DNA from: a bacterium
GTDB taxonomy: Bacteria > UBA8248
Assembly (NCBI GenBank): GCA_965203325.1
Contig: OZ241875.1
Span: 2,944,001 to 3,008,000 of the forward strand
DNA length: 64,000 nt
Direction: 5' to 3'
Part shown: piece after piece, positions 59,411-64,000 of the stretch
How the letters are laid out: each line of letters starts with the position of its first letter
Position numbering within the stretch: position 1 is the stretch's first letter
The notes under the pieces: generated by a model
The model's database searches: none
What the model was told of the DNA's origin: nothing
What the model saw: the letters and a program-made list of their open reading frames with translations, nothing else
Position numbers and translations under genes: made by a program

Positions 59411-60199
59411 ATGTTTCATGACAAGAAGGCTTTCGTGTTCGACCTAGAAGGGGTCTTTTTCGCCGGGGACGAGGTGATGCCCGGCGGGCGGGAGTTGATG
59501 CGGGCCATCGAGGCGAGGAACCTCCCCCATCGCTTCATCACGAACATCAGCCGCAGTACGGCGGCGGAGATTCGCGCCCACATGGCGGGCATCGGCCTGG
59601 ACCCGGGGGAGAGTCTCATCGTGGCCGCGCTGGACCGCGTCGGCTCGTTTTTGAGAAAGAACTTCGGATCGGGCCGGGCGTACGTACTGGGGACCGATTC
59701 GCTGAAACGTGCGGTCGCATCGGGCGGTTTCGAGATATTGGGGCCGGAGGAGGAAGAGGGGGCCGACGTCGTCCTCGTCGGGCTGGACGAGGACCTCACC
59801 TACCGGACGTTGAGCGCCGCCGCGCGGGCGGTCAGCCGGGGCGCGCGCTTCGTCGCCATGAACCCCGACGTGCGCCTGCCGAGCGAAGACGGTTCGTTCT
59901 CGCTCGGCGGAGGCGCCATCGTGGCTTCGGTGCGGGCGGCGGCGGGCCGGGAGCCCGTGTTCTTCGGGAAGCCCGAGCCTTTTCTCTTTGAGGAAGCACT
60001 CGCCGAGTTGGGCGTGGAGGCGCGCCACGCCGTCATGGTGGGGGACAACCTGAGGACGGACATCGCGGGTGGCCAGAAAGTCGGCATGGCCACCGTGTGG
60101 GTGAACCGCTGGGGCGTGATTGCCGGGGACCCGGACGTGACGGCGGACCTGGAAGTCAAGACGCTCGACGAACTGATGCCGCATCTGCCCGGCGGCTAA
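59411..60199 (+). CDS. HAD-IIA hydrolase, NagD-like
   Basis: FDLEGV, ITN, NPD, GKP, GDNLRTDI. Confidence 0.85.
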   Translation: MFHDKKAFVFDLEGVFFAGDEVMPGGRELMRAIEARNLPHRFITNISRSTAAEIRAHMAGIGLDPGESLIVAALDRVGSFLRKNFGSGRAYVLGTDSLKRAVASGGFEILGPEEEEGADVVLVGLDEDLTYRTLSAAARAVSRGARFVAMNPDVRLPSEDGSFSLGGGAIVASVRAAAGREPVFFGKPEPFLFEEALAELGVEARHAVMVGDNLRTDIAGGQKVGMATVWVNRWGVIAGDPDVTADLEVKTLDELMPHLPGG

Positions 60200-60222
60200 C
60201 TTTAAGAAACAGAGAGGACGAC

Positions 60223-60978
60223 ATGGCGCTGGTGGAATATGAGGTGAGGGACAAGCTGGCCTGCATCACGCTGAACAGGCCGGAGAAGATGAACGCGATC
60301 AACCACGAGATGAGCGAACACATCTTCGCGCTCTTCGACGAGATGGAGCGCGACCCCAATGTGTGGGGCTGCCTGATCACGGGAAACGGGAAAGCCTTTT
60401 CGAGCGGGCACGACCTCACCGAGCCGCCGCCCGAGGATAGGGAGATCAAACCCGTCTCCGACCTCTATCAGGTTATCATGGAGTTGTTTAAGCCCTGCTT
60501 TGCGGCGATCAACGGGTTCTGCCTGGCGGGCGGAGCGGGCATCGCGCTCTCCTGCGACGTGCGCGTCATGGCCGAGGATACGCAACTCGGCTGGCCGCAG
60601 GTGATGCGCGGCATCTCTTCGGTCAGCGGGCCGATTCTGCTGGCGAAGCTGCTGCCCTTCAACCTAGCCCACTATCACTTGTTCACCGGCGAGCCCATCG
60701 ACGCGGAAACCGCGCTGAGACTCGGCCTCGTGAACAAGGTCGTGCCCAAAGAACAAGTTCTGGAGGAGACCGAAAAGATCGCGCGGCAGGTGCTGGCGAA
60801 CGCGCCCTTGGCGGTGCGCGCCATCAAGGAGATCACCGTCCGCGCGCGCGACATGACGATGGAAGACGCCCTGCGCTTCGGCGACGTGATCCTGAAGCGC
60901 CTCCTCGAAACCGAAGACGCCGAAGAGGGCGTGCGCGCCTTCAAGGAGAAAAGACCGCCGCGCTTTACGGGGCGATAG
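60223..60978 (+). CDS. Crotonase (enoyl-CoA hydratase/isomerase) superfamily protein lacking catalytic glutamates
   Basis: LNRPEKMNA, FSSGHDL, AAING...GG, APLAV, FKEKRPP; GGAG and WPQ at the usual Glu positions. Confidence 0.85.
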   Translation: MALVEYEVRDKLACITLNRPEKMNAINHEMSEHIFALFDEMERDPNVWGCLITGNGKAFSSGHDLTEPPPEDREIKPVSDLYQVIMELFKPCFAAINGFCLAGGAGIALSCDVRVMAEDTQLGWPQVMRGISSVSGPILLAKLLPFNLAHYHLFTGEPIDAETALRLGLVNKVVPKEQVLEETEKIARQVLANAPLAVRAIKEITVRARDMTMEDALRFGDVILKRLLETEDAEEGVRAFKEKRPPRFTGR

Positions 60979-61065
60979 GAGGTGGGGTGACGTTGCTCCC
61001 CCTGTAAAGGTTATTACCACTCCCCCCTTGAGAGGGTAATCCCATAAAACCAACCCCCCCTTATC

Positions 61066-62579
61066 GGGGCTGTTGAAAAACCCTTGGTTTTGTGATCGTA
61101 TGGAGTTATCCCCCCTCGCCCGAGATGGGAGTTCCCGAGATGATGGGCAGCAGGAGGCGCGAGCAGCTGGACTTGTTCGTGGCCGGTTCCATGGAGCAGT
61201 TGATTCCCGAAGATCACATATTGCGCCAGGTGGACGGCGTACTGGATTTGAGTTGGCTTCGCGAGGAGGTGGCGGAGTTGCTATTGCGCGGACAACGGTC
61301 GACCGGGTCTGGACCCCGAGGTGGTGGTTCGGTTGATGCTGGCGGGCCTGCTGCTGGGCTACGTGCAGGACCGCCGCCTGCTTCGCGAGGCGCGGGCGCA
61401 CCTGGCGATCCGGTGGTTCATCGGTTACGGGCTGCACGATGAGTTGCCGGATCATTCGAGCCTGACGCGGATTCGTCAGCGCTGGGGGGAGGAGCGGTTC
61501 AAGGAGATATTGCGCCGCACGGTTCAGTCTTGCGTGGAGGCGAAGGTGGCGAAGGGAGAAGTGGTTCACATGGACGCTTCGTTGATACGTGCGGACGTGA
61601 GTTGGGAGAGTCTGGCGGCGCGCCACGCGGAGAAGGTGGTGCGGGAGAACGACTCGGAGGATGAGACGGGGAAGAAGGGCGGCGGCGGTTCGGGGCCTGT
61701 GAGCCGAACGGACCCCGACGCGCGTCTGGCGCGCAAGAGCGCTCGCGCGGGGTTCGAGCCGAGCTACAAGCACCACGCGGTGGTGGACGATGAGCGGGGG
61801 GTTGTTCTCGACGTTGCGGTGACGGAGGGGACGTTGAACGAGCGGGAGATGATGGAGCCGCAGTTGGATGCGGTTTGCGAGCTCACGGGTCGCGCGCCCG
61901 CGGTGGTGACGGCGGATTCGGGCTATGCGTACTCGAAGGTGTATGCGGCATTGGAGCGTCGGGGGGTGGACGCGGTGATTCCGGCGAAGAAGGAGCCTTC
62001 CCAGAGCCGTGTTCCGCTGCAGTTGTTCCGCTACGACGAGCGGCGCAAGGTGGTGAAGTGTCCGGGTGGCCAGACGCTGCGTCCCCGGAAGGAGACGGAG
62101 CGGGGGCGCTACTATGGTTCGAGGACGCGCGATTGCGCGGGCTGCGCGCTGAGGTCGGATTGTCTGCCCAAGTCGCACACGAGCAGGACGGTGCTGATTC
62201 CGCATGAATATCCGGCGCTGTTGCGCGCGCGTCGGCGGCACGCGCGCCGGGGGGAGGAGGAGGGCCGGCTGTGGCGCCGCCACATGGGGCGCTCGGAGGG
62301 CTACCACGGCGAGGCGAAGAGTTGGCACGGACTGGGGCGGGCGGTGCGCCGGGGCCTTGCGAACATGAGGATCCAGGCCTACCTGACGGCGACTGCGGTG
62401 AACCTCAAGCGGCTCGCCGCCGCTGTTGCGGCGCGTTTATTCGCTCTGTGGAGGGCCTGCGCCGCCCGGAGACGCCGAATGCGCGTTCCTGGCGGCCTCG
62501 CGCGCCGATTGGGCTTCCTATCCCAAGCCGCGTGAGCCGCCATTCAGCCCGCACCAAAACGGGGTTTTTCAACAGGCCC
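61066..62579 (+). mobile_element. IS1182-like insertion sequence
   Basis: Terminal IRs ggggctgttgaaaaaccc / gggtttttcaacaggccc (17/18 match); DDE transposase inside; no clear target duplication. Confidence 0.85.
61140..62535 (+). pseudogene. IS1182-family DDE transposase, frameshifted near 61278
   Basis: N-terminus LIPEDHILRQVD continues in another frame as YCADNGRPGLDPE...PDHSSL...MDAS...ADSGY...EAK..HGL. One extra base in gagttgctat. Confidence 0.8.
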
Positions 62580-62722
62580 CTCAAGGGGGGAGTGATAGAA
62601 TCTCAAAGGAATAACTCCGCACCTCATCAGTTAGTATTGCTCCCCACCTTGCGCGCCCGTGCGAGTCGTTGCATAACGGATTCTCGCAAGCTACCTCCAC
62701 TCTCACATGAAAGGAGGCCGCG

Positions 62723-63883
62723 GTGGACTTCGACCTCACCGAGTCTCAACGGGAAATCCGGCAAAAAGCCCGTGAAATCGCCACGAACCAGATAGCGCCC
62801 AGGGCGGCGCATTGGGACGAGACCGAGGAATACCCCTGGGAGAACGCCCGTATACTCGCGGATGCGGGATTCATGGGCATGAACATCCCCGAGGAATTCG
62901 GCGGACCCGAGCGTCCGCTCATCGAGGCCGTCCTGGTGGTTGAGGAGATGGCCAAGGTCTGCGGCATCACGGGGCGCATCGTGGTGGACTCCAACATGGG
63001 CGTGGTGGGGGCGATCATCAAGTATGGCACCGAGGAGCAGAAGAAAAAGTATCTGCCCATGGTGCTCGCAGGCGATAAGCCCGCCATCGTCATCACGGAG
63101 CCCGAGGCCGGGAGCGCGGCCACCGACATGACGACGCGGGCCGTTCTCGACGGCGACGAATATATATTGAACGGCAAGAAGAAGTGGATCACCGGCGCGG
63201 GCGTCTCCCACATCAACCTCGTGTTCGCCCGCGTGGTGCACGGCGGGGACGAGCAGGGAATCGGCGCCCTGATCGTGGAGTTGGGTGCGGAGGGCTTCCG
63301 CATCGGGGAGCGCGCCTTCATGATGGGCTTGCGGGGGATTCCCGAGAGCGAGGAGATCTTCGAGAACTGCCGCGTGCCGAGTGAAAACCTGGTGACGGTG
63401 GGTTTCGGCCGCCTGATGGCCGCCTACAATGCCCAGCGGGTGGGAGCCGGCACGGTGGCCTTGGGGCTCGCCGAGGGCGCCTTTGCGCAGGCGGTGGAAT
63501 ACGCGAAAAAGCGCGAACAGTTCGGCCGCCCGATATCGGAGTTCCAGGGGCTTCAGTGGATTCTGGCGGACGGCCGCATTCAACTCGACGCAGCGCGGCT
63601 CCTGCTCCACCGGGCGGCGGTGCAGGAAGACCCGAAGACGGGCTTCCCCGACATGCACCTGGCCGCCATCGCCAAGACGTTTTCGGCGGAAGCCTCGATC
63701 AAGGTGACGAACGACGCGCTCCAGATTTTTGGAGCCGCGGGCTATTCGCGCGATTTGCCGATAGAGCGTATGGCGCGCGACGTGCGGATGTTCACCATCG
63801 GCGGCGGCACGACCCAGGCGCAGCGAAACGTGATAGCGTCCGGCATTTTCGGGAGAAAATTCTCACAGCGCCGGGGAGGGTGA
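62723..63883 (+). CDS. 3-sulfinopropanoyl-CoA desulfinase-like acyl-CoA dehydrogenase-fold protein
   Basis: YPWEN, GRIVVDSNMG, GDKPAI, EQGIG, RGIPE, YNAQRVGAG and RMFTIGGG match the Advenella Acd desulfinase as I recall it. AGGAGG RBS. Confidence 0.8.
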   Translation: MDFDLTESQREIRQKAREIATNQIAPRAAHWDETEEYPWENARILADAGFMGMNIPEEFGGPERPLIEAVLVVEEMAKVCGITGRIVVDSNMGVVGAIIKYGTEEQKKKYLPMVLAGDKPAIVITEPEAGSAATDMTTRAVLDGDEYILNGKKKWITGAGVSHINLVFARVVHGGDEQGIGALIVELGAEGFRIGERAFMMGLRGIPESEEIFENCRVPSENLVTVGFGRLMAAYNAQRVGAGTVALGLAEGAFAQAVEYAKKREQFGRPISEFQGLQWILADGRIQLDAARLLLHRAAVQEDPKTGFPDMHLAAIAKTFSAEASIKVTNDALQIFGAAGYSRDLPIERMARDVRMFTIGGGTTQAQRNVIASGIFGRKFSQRRGG

Positions 63884-63958
63884 GAAGACCACTGGCTGCG
63901 TGGCTTTGGACGTCGTTACTCAGAGAGCGGTAACCCCCGGCCGTTCAGCAAAGGAACC

Positions 63959-64000
63959 ATGATGGCTATGTTTACACTGAAGGAAGCCCGCGCCCTGCTG
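63959..64000 (+). CDS. 5' end of a CDS running off the window, possibly DUF2203-like
   Basis: AAAGGA RBS then MMAMFTLKEARALL; only 14 codons visible. Confidence 0.4.
   Translation, partial: MMAMFTLKEARALL

Larger units (their letters stand above)
61018..62594. repeat. CCCCCCTTGAG MITE split by the IS insertion
   Basis: cactccccccttgag (61018-61032) and ctcaaggggggagtg (62580-62594) are perfect 15-bp inverted arms flanking the IS. Confidence 0.7.

Overview
GC-rich bacterial chromosomal window dominated by catabolic and transport genes. From left to right: two paralogous MMPL/RND permeases flanking an MpaB/Lcp-type oxygenase; a liv-type ABC importer; a CodA-fold amidohydrolase coupled to a DUF1116 protein; and a long minus-strand catabolic run (ThDP decarboxylase, two ACAD-fold paralogs, acyl-CoA ligase, M24 peptidase, two SDRs, DRE-TIM enzyme, LLM monooxygenase, alpha/beta hydrolase). 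Next come arfB, a lower-GC dcm / GHKL-ATPase-nuclease / vsr defence island with an orphan XRE gene, ppk2 and a second catabolic run (GntR, M24, DRE-TIM, maleate-isomerase-like, hydrolase, ADH, two bicupins). The window ends with a plus-strand cluster encoding a divergent split B12 acyl-CoA mutase, a family III CoA-transferase, a HAD, a glutamate-less crotonase and a 3-sulfinopropanoyl-CoA desulfinase-like ACAD, interrupted by a frameshifted IS1182-like element. Intergenic regions hold several palindromic repeat families (GTAG REP-like, RPE-like, a CCCCCCTTGAG MITE), and IS-type ends join one MITE arm at the same base twice. No rRNA, tRNA or CRISPR array was recognised. The best candidate for an undescribed system is the mutase/desulfinase cluster. 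All protein calls come from motif recognition by eye, not database searches.
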